Assembly: GCF_006345805.1 (NCBI RefSeq)
Contig: NC_043007.1
Span: 71,424,001-71,488,000 of the forward strand
Length of the DNA stretch: 64,000 nucleotides
DNA from: Octopus sinensis
Taxonomy: Eukaryota
Direction: 5' to 3'
The translations under genes and the position numbers were made by a program. The notes under the pieces are model-generated. The model was not told the origin of the DNA, made no database searches, and saw only the letters and a program-made list of their open reading frames with translations. This document shows, in pieces, positions 13,300-26,905 of this stretch (positions within the stretch are counted from its first letter, which is position 1; each line of letters opens with the position of its first letter).

Positions 13300-13700
13300 T
13301 GTATGCTCGCTCTATAACCGTGTTTACTAGGGGATTTTTAGAAAAAATAATGAAAAATAGCTCAGAATTGCAGAGAAGACAGAATTCCTTGCCTTTGTCA
13401 TAAGGTATCGAGATTGAGGGAATCAACCATTCTAAATGAAATTGTTCATTGTGGTCTTTTAGATCCCAAATGAGTTTGCTGAGACCGGTACTATTACCTT
13501 TATTTCTATCCCTAAATGTTGAGTAATGGATAGAAATTCTTTTAGATAACTCTAACGATGTGCTTCCAATGTAAAATCGTACTTTATTACGAGTACTGAT
13601 TATACACTGGTATATAGAATTTTTAATCTTGACATAAACTTAATTCTATTGGAATATATTTATATATATTTCTAGCATAAGGGTGTCCACATAGTGGTTT
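13300..13700 (-). mobile_element. Penelope-like GIY-YIG endonuclease fragment
   Basis: Minus strand encodes ..IYQC..FYIGST..HYSTFRD..LSKLIWDLK, homologous to ORF 38609-39070. Confidence 0.7.
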
Positions 13701-13786
13701 CCCTCTAATATATATATGTACATATATATATGTATATATATGTGTATATCTATATATGTATATATATATATCTATCTTTATATATA

Positions 13787-13924
<138 letters not shown>

Positions 13925-14229
13925 ATATAAATTCAATGAGAGGTTAAATTAGCCTCATTAAGGGAGGGTATCATCCAACGAATTACTGATTCAGTACCTA
14001 ATATTTGTTGTGAATAATAATATTCTAAAACAATAGGTATATATATAAATCATGGTTCAAAAGAAAGTAAGAAAATGGAGATATAGCATTTAATAAAAAT
14101 TCATTATCTGCAAACATCAAACGTATTCCCTTACAACTGTGTCAATTAAGCCTAATAGATTAAATAACAATTATTACAATCATTATATTAGGCAAAATCT
14201 CCTCAGAGCGGTAGAAAAAATTGTTAACC

Positions 14230-15715
14230 TCCAATGTTTGACCCGATCAAAAAAATGAAGGAAAAAATAGTGTAATAGGTGTAAAACAACATGTAGTAAA
14301 AGAATATGGAAAAAATAATGCGCTCTGGGAGGGACGACTCGGAAAATTCACATCGGGAATGTTCCTTGTCCTCTCAATACTTACTCGTTCGTCGGCGCAA
14401 TTTTTTCTTCATATTCGTATACTACACATTATTTTACACCTAGTACACTATTCTGAAAAGAATTTTGTGACGGGATGTGTTTGGGATACGAACTCGGATA
14501 ATTCACGCGATCCAGTAACCCGACTTCGACACCCAGCCACCAAAATAATGTGTACTTAGCGATTATTAAAAATCAAAAAGATGTGCGCTTGTGAACAGGA
14601 GTGGGGTGAGTACAGGACTCGGAAAATTCACACGATCAATCTCACAGGATCCGAAAACTCAACGTTAACACCCGGTCATAAAAATGAAAAGAAAATAGTG
14701 CAATAGGTGTAAAACAACATGTAGTAAACGAATATGAAAAAACGCGCGCAGTCGAAGGGGACAAGACTCGGAAAATTCACTTGCCCAAGGTGCCATGCAG
14801 TGAGACTGAACCTAGAGCCGTGTGGTTGGGAAGAATATCTATTTAATTGAGGGAAAAAATCGGATCGTACGAATTGTCTTGGGGCCCCCAACCTCCGTTC
14901 GCCAGCCAGTGTCTTCAACTATTGCCTCGGGTCGACCAATGCATCCTGGAGGCCGAATTTGGCATTTCAGAGGTAAAATTATCTATGCTATAACCGAAAA
15001 GGAAAACAAAAATTTGCGCAGAAAAGTTTTTCGATTTTGTCTTCTGCATAATGGTATTAACAGAAACAATTGCAGCGTAGATGTTTGAAGACGCTCGATG
15101 GCGAAAGGGGTGGAGCAGGACAATTCACACGATCCGATTTTTTCTGCCAAGTAAATGGACATTCTTCCCAACCACACAGTTCCAAGTTCAGTCCCACTGC
15201 ATGGCACCTTGGTAAGTGAATTTTCCAAGTCCGCTCTCCCACGCCCCGTTCGCTAGCGCGCATTGTTTTTTGTTTCATATTCGCTTACTACATGTTGTTT
15301 TACACCTATTACATGATTTTTTTATATTTTCGTGACCGGGTGTTAACGTTGAGTTTTCGGATCCTGTGAGATTGATCGTGTGAATTTTCCGAGTTCTCTG
15401 CCCCCACCCCACCGTTCGCCAGCGTGCATTTTTTTTCTTATTCGTTTACTACACGTTGTTTTACACTTGCTACACTATTCTTGTTTCATTTTGGGTGTCG
15501 AAGTCAAGTTACTGGATCGTGTGAATTATCCGAGTCCGCAACCCACGCGTCACAAAAATTGGAAAAAAAAAGTAGTGTACTAGGTGTAAAATAATGTGTA
15601 GTAAACGAAAATGAAGAAAACAAATTACGCCGACGAACGGGGAAGTGGTAAGAGGACTCGGGACATTCCTGATGTGAATTTTCCGAGTCGTCTCTCCCTC
15701 TTCCGTTCGCCAGCA
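14230..15715. repeat. Foldback-like element with ~600-bp modular inverted arms
   Basis: ~14325-14905 is the imperfect reverse complement of ~15100-15715; subrepeats CTCGGAAAATTCAC and AGGTGTAAAACAACATGTAGTAAA. Confidence 0.85.
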
Positions 15716-16189
15716 TACCATTCTAAAGAAAACTGTCCGACGAACGGGGGCGTGAAACTATGAGTAACAGTTTTTTGTGATATTTTTGCTTCTTTTTAAT
15801 AAAGTACATATATATATATGTGTGTCTGTGTGTGTGTACGTGTGTGTGTGTGTGTGTGTGTGCGTGTGGGGGGGGGGCGTATCCATATGTATTTTCCCTT
15901 GTTAACAATTAACGCGGAAAAAATAAACAAATAGTTACCAGGGTAGCAAAAAATCACACAAGTAAAAAAGGTTGTAATTCCTTGTTTTTAAAGGTAGAAA
16001 TTCCAGATTTACATGAAATATTTTGTATAGTATATATAAATAGATAAACGGTGTTAAACGCAGTTGTTATTCAAATTCTTTTACTTCCGACAAATATTTC
16101 CAAGATATCACTGGTATTATTCCAAAGGAATAAAATGGTGTAGAAACAATGTAATCTTCTCTTCGTGGAAATGAAGAAATGAAACTCGT

Positions 16190-18150
16190 CAATAAGAATG
16201 GCCTGGTCCACGGAATATCAGTCTTGAGCCAAGGCTGAAATTTTATAGGTGCTGATTTCGCTGTAATAGCACAATCTCTGCAGGATTTTACCAACGTCTC
16301 AATATCTTGTCCATTTGCGGCCATTAAACATAACTCCTCATAAGTGACTTCATCCTAGAAATTCCTGGATGTCCTGTGTGGAATTCCTTTAACATTCGAT
16401 TTTGTAGTGAGGCAAGCATTACGACCCTCCGTGCATACATAAGCACATTATCATGTATCGAATACAAATTCGAATTTGTGTTACGTCCAGCCACACGTAT
16501 TTTCTTATTTGTTTCTTTTGATATCACTATTTTTTGTTTTCATGATAAACTCATCCGCTTCTGCTTTAATTTTTATTTCCTCCAATGTGAAAGGTAATTG
16601 ACACACAACGATGCACATATATTTATTTCATTTTCGGCTCTTAACGCTGCTATCACTGTGTCTTCTAGTGGTTCATTATATTTTGGTATTAATCTCGATT
16701 GTCAATCTGCACCTCACAATTTTTTAGATGACAAATATTTCATCTTGAAGTCATAATTTAGTAGGATCGTTCCCCAGCGCTGCAATCTGTTGGTTGTATG
16801 TGTGGGGATACCCTCTTTTTTTTTTATCCATAGATCGACAATAATGGACGGTGGTCTGTCTGCAAACAGAATCTTCTTCCATATATCAATTTATGGAATA
16901 TTTGTACAGCAAATATGATGGCTAATGCTTCCTTCTCTATTTCACTGCAACTTTCATTAGCCGGCAATAAGGAATGCGAAGCATGAGCTACAGTTTTCAG
17001 GCTACAATCTTCATATTTCTGCAAAATCACTGCTCCAGTACCACTTTCACTAGCGTGTGAAGCCACTACTATTTCTGAATTCGGATTAAAATGTGACAAC
17101 GACAATTCCGACGTTAAAATGTTTTTCATTTCTTCAAAATGTTTTGGCACTTGTCCGACCAGTTTCACTTTGCGACTTTTTAAACAAGTTATTCAGGGGT
17201 GCTCTTAAATCATGCATCTTCGGTATGTATACCTGGTAGTAATTTGCGAGCCCCCAAAATGCTTGTAACGTTGTAATGATTGTCGGGGAAGGTATATTTT
17301 TTATTGCACTCGCTCTTCACGGGTCTGGTCTGCACCATTTTCATTGATAATTTGCCCTAAATGCAATATTCTTGACATAAAGAATTCACACTTTTCTTCG
17401 CTGAGCTTAAATCCATAATCTTATATATTTTCGAAGATATTTTAACATGTTCAGCATGCCGGCAACCAGAGTCCCTTTTGGTGAGTACATCGTCAAGGTA
17501 CGATGTAGTGAAATCTGAACCCGCGAACAGTGTTCATAGCTTGTTGGAAAATGCTTGGTGCTACCTTTATACCAAAATGAAGTCAATTGAATTTATACAA
17601 TCCTTTAGCGTTAATAGTTTTGAACATTCTTTATCAACTTGTACCTTCAGGTATGCTTCAGATAGATCCAATTTTGAAAAAAGTTTTCTTCAATTCAACT
17701 TCACGAAAATTTCTTCTGAACTTGGTAACGGATGATTATATGGTATCAAACATTCGTTTGAGCGTTTTGAAAAATCAGCACATACACTGATCATATTATT
17801 TTCCTCTTGATATAACTGTTGTAGACTATCATTTAATGTAATCAGTTTTTCAATAACACCATGCCAACTCGTATTTTTTCGTTGGCAAATCATTAATACT
17901 TTTGCTTATCATAATCGAAAGATTAGAGTGTCTTCCCTTTCAGGGTTAAGTTATTTTCGGGATATTTTCCCATTATGCACTGTTTTGGGTATTTATATCC
18001 CCAAACCCCCCAATATCTCAAGAACCACTTATCCTATTTACGCGAAACTTCTTTTATTCTTCTTGCATTCTGTTTTATTCTGTTTGTATTCACATTTCAG
18101 ATGGACCTTAATTCAGAGTATTTTCCCATTATGCGCCACTTTGGCTGTGT
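16190..18150 (-). mobile_element. Gypsy/Ty3 LTR retrotransposon pol relic (RT, RNase H, integrase Zn finger)
   Basis: EEIFVKLN/FSKLDLSEAY (RT), IVVASHAS..EIEKEALAIIFAV..TDHRPL (RNase H), HTGHPGISRMKSLMRSYV..CRDC (integrase), in RT-RH-INT order. Confidence 0.9.
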
Positions 18151-18401
18151 AACATTGCAAGCGAATAAGATTGAAGTTCATTTTTAATATAACACACTCA
18201 CACACACACTTTTCCCATTCTCCTTTCCTACTAAGAGCTATGCTCGAAACATCATACTCTGTCCTTTCACCGAGCGTCAAACTCACTCAAATATTTCTTG
18301 TGCAGGTCCTCATGTTGCCCGTTTATTCGTTTCTTTATACGTTTATTTGAATTGGCTATATATAAATGTGTGTGGATGCTTAAACATACACACACACACA
18401 A

Positions 18402-18449
<48 letters not shown>

Positions 18450-18452
18450 TAT

Positions 18453-18498
<46 letters not shown>

Positions 18499-18580
18499 CA
18501 CGCTTACTGTATGCATGCGTATATAGGTCTATGTATGTATATATTAACTTGAATTATACATCTATTAACGGATAGAATAT

Positions 18581-18992
18581 TTATTTCTTTACTGTCCACA
18601 AGGAGATAAACATAGAGGGGACAAACAAGGACAGACAAGGGGATTAAGTCGATTACATTGATCCCAGTGATCAACTGGTACTTATTTAATCGACCCCGAA
18701 AGGATGAAAGGCAAAGTCGACCTCGGCGGAATTCCAACTCAGAATTTAACGGCATACGAAATACCTATCTCTTTATTACCCACAAGGGGCTAAACACAGA
18801 GGGGACAAACAAGGACAGACATAGGTATTAAGTCGATTACATCGACCCCAGTGCATAACTAGTACTTAATTTATCGACCCCGAAAGGATGAAAGGCAAAG
18901 TCGACCTCGGCGGAATTTGAACTCAGAACGTAACGCATACGAAATACCGCTATGCATTTCGCCCAGCGTGCTAACGTTTTTACCAGCTCGCC
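18581..18992 (-). mobile_element. tRNA-derived SINE with partial tandem duplication
   Basis: Core GTTCAAATTCCGCCGAGGTCGACTTTGCCTTTCATCC (B-box-like) shared with copies at 24.9, 47.3, 53.2 and 59.8 kb. Confidence 0.85.
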
Positions 18993-19411
18993 CAAAATTG
19001 AGTAAATACTAACACATATATAAACGATTAACACATATTCATTGATATTTACTAGCATCCACTAGTAAGCCAATAAAAATTATATAATTATAACGATTTA
19101 ATTACTATTCATTATTTATTGTGTATTTTCCTAATTCATTTATTTATTTATTTATTATTTTATCTACTTTATTTCATTACATAATCATTTTCCCATACAA
19201 ATATAACACTATTTTAAATATTCATATTATTTATATATATATATTTCTAAGTAAGTTCACTGTATTTTATTTTATTTTATATTCATTTTACATACTAATT
19301 TTATTTTCATTACCAAATTCTTACACACAATATATATGAAATAACATCTTAAACTTTAGTTGTGAATTTTAATTCCTACAAGTAAGATGTGACCTTCGTT
19401 ATTATTAAAAC

Positions 19412-19527
19412 AAAAACCCTGAAGAGATTCTACCTCTTACAGCTTAAATTTTTAACGTTGGAACTAATACAAATGCTCTGAATTACGCATTACCAAGGGA
19501 CCAAAATCGAAACATATGTAGGTTTTT
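19412..19527 (+). ncRNA. Type I hammerhead ribozyme motif
   Basis: aaaaacc-CUGAAGA-GAUU...AAUC-GAAAC-AUAU-GUA-ggttttt: perfect 7-bp stem I, stem II base, palindromic stem III (ACAUAUGU), GUA cleavage triplet. Confidence 0.75.
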
Positions 19528-19647
19528 TTAGCCTTCTATTGTGTTTATAAAAAAATTATTTGCATTTATATCTTAAAAACAAACTATCGTGCAAATAAAT
19601 TAGCTATACGTCTTTAACTCTCCATTTTCTTACATTATTAATTTTAC

Positions 19648-19736
<89 letters not shown>

Positions 19737-19828
19737 TTCATGTAGAAAATGAGTCATTTGTTATCATAAGAAAATTATAAAGATGAAATGTATGTAAATG
19801 TATGATAAATTCTTGAAAATGTACTTTC

Positions 19829-19877
19829 TGTCAAATAAGAGATGCCAGAAATAAAATATAACCCACAAACGTCTCAT
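19829..19877 (-). pseudogene. Orphan M4 exon 1 (MRRLWVIFYFWHLLFD-) with mutated splice donor
   Basis: Homologous to the exons at 10167-10215 and 49262-49307, including flanks. Donor reads GAAAGT instead of GTAAGT, the TATA segment is missing, and no exon 2 lies between it and copy 1. Confidence 0.8.
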
Positions 19878-21129
19878 GATTGCGTAATTTTCACAAATAT
19901 TATGCACATCCTAAAAACCAGCTGAAGGTTTAAACTGATCCTTTCTTGCCTTTATCATGATTAAGGGGCCACCCAGACTCTCAAAACCCACGTCAATCCA
20001 GGGTAAAGCTTACAATCAAATGGGGACGCCAACTAATTGCTTTTGTTACATATATTGATAATAGATTATTTTAGACCCTATTAATTCTGAATCGGTACTT
20101 GACATTTAAGATGAAATAACGAGGTATTTGTTTAATTATATATTCTTTCTCATTAATTCTTATTGCTAAAGCTACAGAATTCGTTCAATAAAAATCAGAA
20201 GCAATCTTTATAGGTTACATTCAGGGAAACTAAATACTATAATAGCAATAATCAGCATAGATTAAAATTAATAATAATTTATACTCTTTTCCACGCCGTA
20301 TTATTTTAGTTTCTGAAATAGTCTTCAGCCATTCCTCCCATAAATTTCTCTCCAACAAAAAAAAAAACAACAAAAAAAAACGATCCATTTGATCAATCAT
20401 AAGCAGATACAGCATATTTCTTTCCTTAAACTAATTACAATGAGCCAGGGCAATTGCCTTACGACACAGGGCAGTTTTTAAAATTTATTACATTTTGTGT
20501 CATTGTCAATAGGCAAGTATTTCTTTTACTAAATTACTATAACATAAAATACTATAACCAAAATGTTATAACTTGCTAAAAATGTATTATAATTTAGTTA
20601 ACCCTTACCTCTAACATGGTTTCTGCATTCAAAGTTATTCAATGATTTTAAATCATAGTTTGGAATTCGCACAAAGGAGTAACAATGCTTCTCCTTTATT
20701 TGAGAGGTTTTTAAAAAGATAAACACACAAATTAACCATACTTCAAACAGTAACCATCTCTGGGCTGATTTAATATTACAGTAAATAAAACACTCTGGAT
20801 GTAAATGGAAACTATTTACTAGGGATCAAGAAGATTAATGTTAACGGAGACTTCTATGCATCGTTTACTTCAGCAAATGAATAATAAAATGTGAATAATA
20901 AAATGTTCAAAATTAATATTTTAATGTATTTTCATAGGACTTTTATGGCCCTTTTTCTGACATGACTTAGAGCAACTCTCTCCCCCCCTCTCTCTCTCTC
21001 TCGTTCATTATGCTATTAATTTTTGTTTCTAAATTTTAACATTGTTAACTCCTTTCTCAATTAGTCACCTTTAAAAAGATCCCAAATATGATTTCAGTCT
21101 TGAAAATGACACAAATACAGGTGAGAACA

Positions 21130-21490
21130 TACTCTTTTACTCTTTTACTTGTTTCAGTCATTTGACTGCGGCCGTGCTGGAGCACCGCCTTTAGTCGAGC
21201 AAATCGACCCCGGGACTTATTCTTTGTAAGCCCAGTACTTATTCTATCGGTCTCTTTTGCCGAACCGCTAAGTGACGGGGACGTAAACACACCAGCATCG
21301 GTTGTCAAACAGTGCTAGGGGGACAAACACAGACACACAAACATATACACACACATACATACATATATATATACATATATACGACAGGCCTCTTTCAGTT
21401 TCCGCCTACCAAATCCACTCACAAGGCATTGCTCGGCAAGATGCCACGCAGTGGGACTGAGCCTGGAACCATGTGGTTGGTAAGCAAGCT
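21130..21490 (-). mobile_element. SINE (second family)
   Basis: tRNA-like head (GGTTCCAGGCTCAGTCCCACTGCG on minus strand), short-repeat tail (AAGAGTA)n and internal CA microsatellite. Confidence 0.75.
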
Positions 21491-21949
21491 TACATTAAAT
21501 AAATAATTTTGAAATTTATAATCTTTCTTTTGAGTCTATCTTAACACAAAATGTCTATATCATTAAACTAATGCAAACTGCATGAGAATTCAAGATTCTT
21601 TAACCATAAAACAGCTGCATGAACTAAGAAATGTGTCTAAAGTATACCAGTGTGTCCTTTACTATTGGAGAGAGAGGAGAGTCAGTCCACTAGTAGATCA
21701 GTGATTGGAGTATGTCAGGTAAAGATTGAATAGGAAGATATGGACAGGGGACTACCTAACGTGGACCACTAACTGAAGTATGTATATGATTGATTGAACT
21801 GGAAGACAGAGAGAGCTGTATTTTCATGTCTTGAATCCAAATATCACTTTGAAAAATGCATATTAGCTATAGGCTTAAAGATACAAGACATGTAATATTT
21901 GATTATTTTATTATAACGTACAATGTGTCATTATGTTTAAAGTGCTAGT

Positions 21950-22995
21950 CCGTATCTACTCTGCCTTTTTGCTTGACTCTTATAGAGGGCTGAAGAATAA
22001 TCTCTTGCCAATGTCCAGCGAGCAGCGGTTTGCTCCATTTACCCTGGTAACACTTGTCCGTGGTTGAAAAATCTTGATGAAACCCTTACTTTGATAGATT
22101 TCGGCCAGTATTGGCCCAGGCCATTATCTAACTTATTAGAAATCACCTTGACCATGTTCGTCATTAATTGCTCCACAGTTCGCTGGAAAAAGGTCTAAAT
22201 GTGAGTCCAAAACGTGGACTAAACTTGACATGTTACATCCCACGTTCTTGTAAGCCTTGATGAGGTTTTCCATCAATTCTTCATACTTCCCTTCCGAGAA
22301 ATCCCTTCGCCACCAACTTGAATGCTTCCCAAGTATATTTCTCCTCCCCCCGATGGGCTGATTCAAAGTTACTATCTTTAAGAAGCTCTCGAATCTGAGG
22401 ACCAATGAAGGCTCCCTCTTTTATCTTAGCGTCGCTCAGTAGGGGAGTGGGGTGGAATTTTAATGTTAAATACTTGATCCCTGACCAGATTTCTCCATAG
22501 CTTTTACAAAGTTTTTCATGTTCCCTAGTTCTATGTGTAGTGGTGATGGCAAAACTTTGTTTGGTTCAGTGAGAGGTGGATGTTGAACATTTTTCATTTC
22601 AGGCCTCAATGATTGATGAGGCGGCCAGTCTCTCCTGATACAGTGGTAACCTCTTGCATGGCTGTCCCATACACACAGAAAGCAACAGTACTTGGTGTAT
22701 CCGCCCTGCAAGCCAATCACAAAAGCAACAGCCTTTAATTCAGCACAGAGCTGCCATTGATATTCACTATATTTTATGCATTGCGGCATAAGCTTTATAT
22801 TCTCATAAGTTTCTTTCATATGTGATGCATAGCCCACAGGAACTGAAGGTTCACTATTGCCATTATGCAACAAGATACCTTTCAAACAAGTTTTTCATGA
22901 ATCTATGAACAGCCTTCAGTGACTGGGTTCGTATTCGATATCAAGTGCTTCCATCAGACCATTAATATTGTTACATCTAAGTTCTTGGAAGCAAA
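21950..22995 (-). mobile_element. DNA transposase relic, probably Chapaev-3/CMC type
   Basis: LLHNGN..GLQGGYTKYCCFLCVWDS..PLHIELGNMKNFVKAM..SHLDLFP..DEHG motifs; second fragment (HFLHSHLDYFP) at ~50310-50360. Superfamily assignment is from recall. Confidence 0.65.
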
Positions 22996-23059
22996 GCTTG
23001 CAGAACTGTCCAGGATAAGCGAGAATCTGAGCCCGGCGCTCTTCCTCATGGGGAATTGC

Positions 23060-24090
23060 TTTGTTCTGCCTAGGCTCTTTTCTGGCTGAGCAGTGAGCCA
23101 TGACACCACGTCGGAGACTGTCATGGTGACTTTGATAACACCATCCAGTTCTGTACCGAACTGATCTGCAATGTCAGTTTTGAAAACACCGGCTGGCAAC
23201 GGGACAAACTGCCAATTAGATTCGGCAGCCTTGGTCTCCGAGTTGCATTGGTAATTGCTCTGCCGGTCTATCACTCCTCCGTCTCCTCCAGCCGCATCCT
23301 TCTTGGTGAAATTCTCCATGAGATAGCCGAACCTGATGTGGATCAGGTACCGGAGTCAGCCCTTGCTGATTGTGCCACTGAAGGCTTGTTGTCCCCCAGG
23401 ATATGGATGCCCATCGCGACTGGGATGACATCAGATGCAAGACATCTCTTGACCAGCACCGCCTTGCCTGCCTCCGTTCTGCCTTGCAGTCAAATAGTGG
23501 TGCATGACTCAATTCGGTGCCCTCTTCATCTATTGGTACTCTTCTAGATGATGAGTGCACCCGTTTCAGGGTGGACCAATGCCTCGGTCACCGCATTTGC
23601 GAGCCGCACAATTGTCGATGCTGAGCGATAGTAGACGAATTCGTCCTGTCCCCTTTATCCTTCAGTCTTTATCCCGATTCCCTCATCACGCCGCACTGAA
23701 TGACATAATCAGTAGGGGTTTTGATGCGGCTGGTTTCCCGTCTCAACTTGAGGTTACAGGTCTCGACCGTGAGTACGGTAAGCGCCCTCATTCGAGGCAG
23801 GCAGATGGCTCGTTTGTGACTGGACGTGCAGCAACACGTTCTCCGACTCCAACAACACGTTCTCCGACTCCAACCTCTCCGCCCATAAAGCAGAGGAGAG
23901 AAAAATCAATAAATACTACTGATTTCCAACGCAAAATATAGGGATGTCAGTGACCCGTCGGAGAAATGAGCCTCGCGATATGGTGGGTCTACTGGAGAGA
24001 GTGCCGCTTGCCATTCTCTCAGTAACGCCATCACGGTCATAACAACAGAGCGCAGCTGAATAACCCTTTTGTTCTGGGATATATAGCTCA
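23060..24090 (+). mobile_element. Non-LTR retrotransposon 3' relic with restriction-like endonuclease (CRE-like)
   Basis: LPIRFGSLGLR and HAALNDIISRG...EVTGLDREYGKRP motifs; GC-richer than the flanks. Confidence 0.6.
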
Positions 24091-24329
24091 TTGCCCCTCC
24101 TCCTCCTCTGTCTTCCGTTACTTTGCCCCACTTTTTTCGTACATTTTTTCTTTGCCGTTTTTTCTTTTACCTTTCACAATTTATATAAGTACTTGAAATA
24201 CTATAACTAAATTGTTATAACATAGAAAGTCACGAAGATCAGGATCAGCATACCAACTATTTGTATGTAATTGTTGCTTGTATAGATGAGTCATTTCAGC
24301 TAGCAAAAGACCAGTATTGCTAAAACCTA

Positions 24330-24662
24330 AGCGGTTTCGATTCCCAGACCGGGCGTTGTGAGTGTTTATTGAGCGAAAACACCTAAAGCTCCACGAGGCT
24401 CCGGCAGGGGATGGTGGTGATCCCTGCTGTACTCTTTCACCACAACTTTCTCTCACTCTTACTTCCTGTTTCTGTTGTACCTGTATTTCAAAGGGCCGGC
24501 CTTGTCACTCTCTGTGTCACGCTGAATATCCCCGAGAACTACGTTAAGGGTGCACGTGTCTGTGGAATGCTCAGCCACTTACACGTTAATTTCACGAGCA
24601 GGCTGTTCCGTTGATTCGGATCAACCGGAACCCTCGTCGTCGTAACCGACGGAGTGCTTCCA
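24330..24662 (+). mobile_element. SINE-like repeat
   Basis: GGTTTCGATTCCC B-box-like head, GC-rich body, (CCA)n tail. Confidence 0.6.
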
Positions 24663-24872
24663 CCACCAATAACTCATATATTTCTCTCATTAAGATATCG
24701 AACAACGGTCACATTTCTTCTTAACTTAGAAGTCACCAAAGAAAATCAGAGATTTTCTAGCATGCATTCTGACTTTGGTATCAGTTTAGGATAAACTGGA
24801 GGAGAGATTTTGCATTACATGGATATAATTCAACAATGTTAAAACTGCAAGAAAATGCGTTTAATATTCGAA

Positions 24873-25065
24873 CTGGCAGAATAATGAACACGCTGGACGA
24901 AATGCTTAGCGTTATTTCGCCCGTCGCTACGTTCTGAGTTCAAATACTGCCGAGGTTGACTTTTTCTTTCATCCTTCAGGGGTCGATGAAATAAGCACCA
25001 GTTGAGTAGCGGGGTCGATATAATCGACTGGCCCCCTCCTCTAAATTCAAGCCTTGTGCATATAG
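24873..25065 (+). mobile_element. tRNA-derived SINE
   Basis: Homologous to 47303-47515 and 59780-60013. Confidence 0.8.
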
Positions 25066-25343
25066 TATAAAGGATTATCATTTCTACTACTGCTATTATA
25101 ATTCGTACTTATTTATCTCATGGAAAATGCGAATGATCAATAGGTATAGTTTTGTAGCTTGTTTGACTTTTAAATTATATATGTGTGTGTATATATATTA
25201 TATATATATATATATATATAAAATTTATAATTATATACATATTTATAACAAGGACTTGGATTGTGCCTCACCACACACTGAAAAGTAGACGTCAAAAGAC
25301 ATTATTACTACTATAAATTTATGGTGGTAATAGGGTTAGGGTC

Positions 25344-25379
<36 letters not shown>

Positions 25380-25988
25380 ATATAGATGTATGTATATCAC
25401 ACACGCACACACACATGCATATATGGTTCAATCGTTATGTTAGTAAAATGTTATAAAATTTTGCGTATAGTAACATTGTTTTTGGAGATAATACAATATC
25501 AGTAAAGAAATTTGAGAAGTTTGAAAAGAAAACACGAAACCGGTTATTTCTCAAAAAACAATGTTGCTCTACGCAAAATTTTATAAGAAAAATCCATAAA
25601 TTATTCCTCTTAAATATATTTACTTATATTAAGGGCATTACTATACATAAATGCCTCACGCTAGGAGGGAATATTAAAGTCAAAACTACCATAAGAAATA
25701 AACAGATTGTACCGAACTCGAGGGAATGCAACTCTCGAAATGAGCATTTTAAAAACACAATTCAGCTGCATATCATATGATTTCATAATTAGTGCACAAA
25801 ATGCACTTATTAATCGTCAGTGCAGGCATAATTCAAGACACATAAAAATGAACAAAAAAAACAAGAAACCAGACGAACACCAAATGTATCCAGCATAGCA
25901 CATAGAATTGTTCACACTTATATATCTATGTAAAAGGCGCTAACTACTTGATAAATTCTTATAATGATTTTATCCTATTTTTCAATTA

Positions 25989-26061
<73 letters not shown>

Positions 26062-26163
26062 GCATACATACACACACATACACACACGCACACATACATA
26101 CACACATATATATATATATAAATCAATAAATGGTGGGGTTGTATTGATCGCACGTGGAGAAAT

Positions 26164-26878
26164 GATAGGAGAGAAAAAATTATAAAAAGGCAGAATTGAA
26201 GGTGAATTTTAATAAAAATGGGTGTATGTAAAATTTAAAAAATAATAACACAAAACGGTTTTCATAGCAAAGCAAATTTTCAAGATTTGAAAGGGGAAAA
26301 GAAATTTTTGAAAGAATCAACAAGGAGAATCTTTTTATTGAAAAATTCCAAACGCATCTTAATATGCAAACTCCACGATGACCATACTCCTTTTTTCTAA
26401 CATCCTATCTGACAAAAAATCGATATTCCCAATTGAAGAGCATAAAATCCACAGAGTTGTCTCCCCTTACTCACAGGAACTGGATAACTCCTACCCCATT
26501 TCCTGTTTTGACATTCTTTTACCAAACACTTTAAACTAAGCACCACGTTTAATCACATGGATCTTAATTCTCCAAAGAAATTTTTCCAAGGACTATTATT
26601 GAACTCAAAAAACATAAAGACTCTACAATGTATCGGTATACTTATTTTTTAATTTTTGTATATGTTTATTATTATTTTTTTTGAAAAAAACATTGTAAAT
26701 TTCTTTTTTATCCTTCCTTAATTTAAAAAAAAATTCTTTTCCCCTTTCAAATCTTGAAAATTTGCTTTGCGGTGAAAACCGGTTTGAGTTATTATTTTTA
26801 AAATTTTCCATACACCCATTTTTATTAAAATTTACCTTCAATTTAGCATTCTGCCTTTTTATAATTTTTCCTCTCCTA
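26164..26878. repeat. Inverted repeat with ~145-bp arms
   Basis: 26164-26309 is the reverse complement of ~26729-26878. Confidence 0.85.
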
Positions 26879-26905
26879 TATATATATATATATATATATA
26901 TCCAT

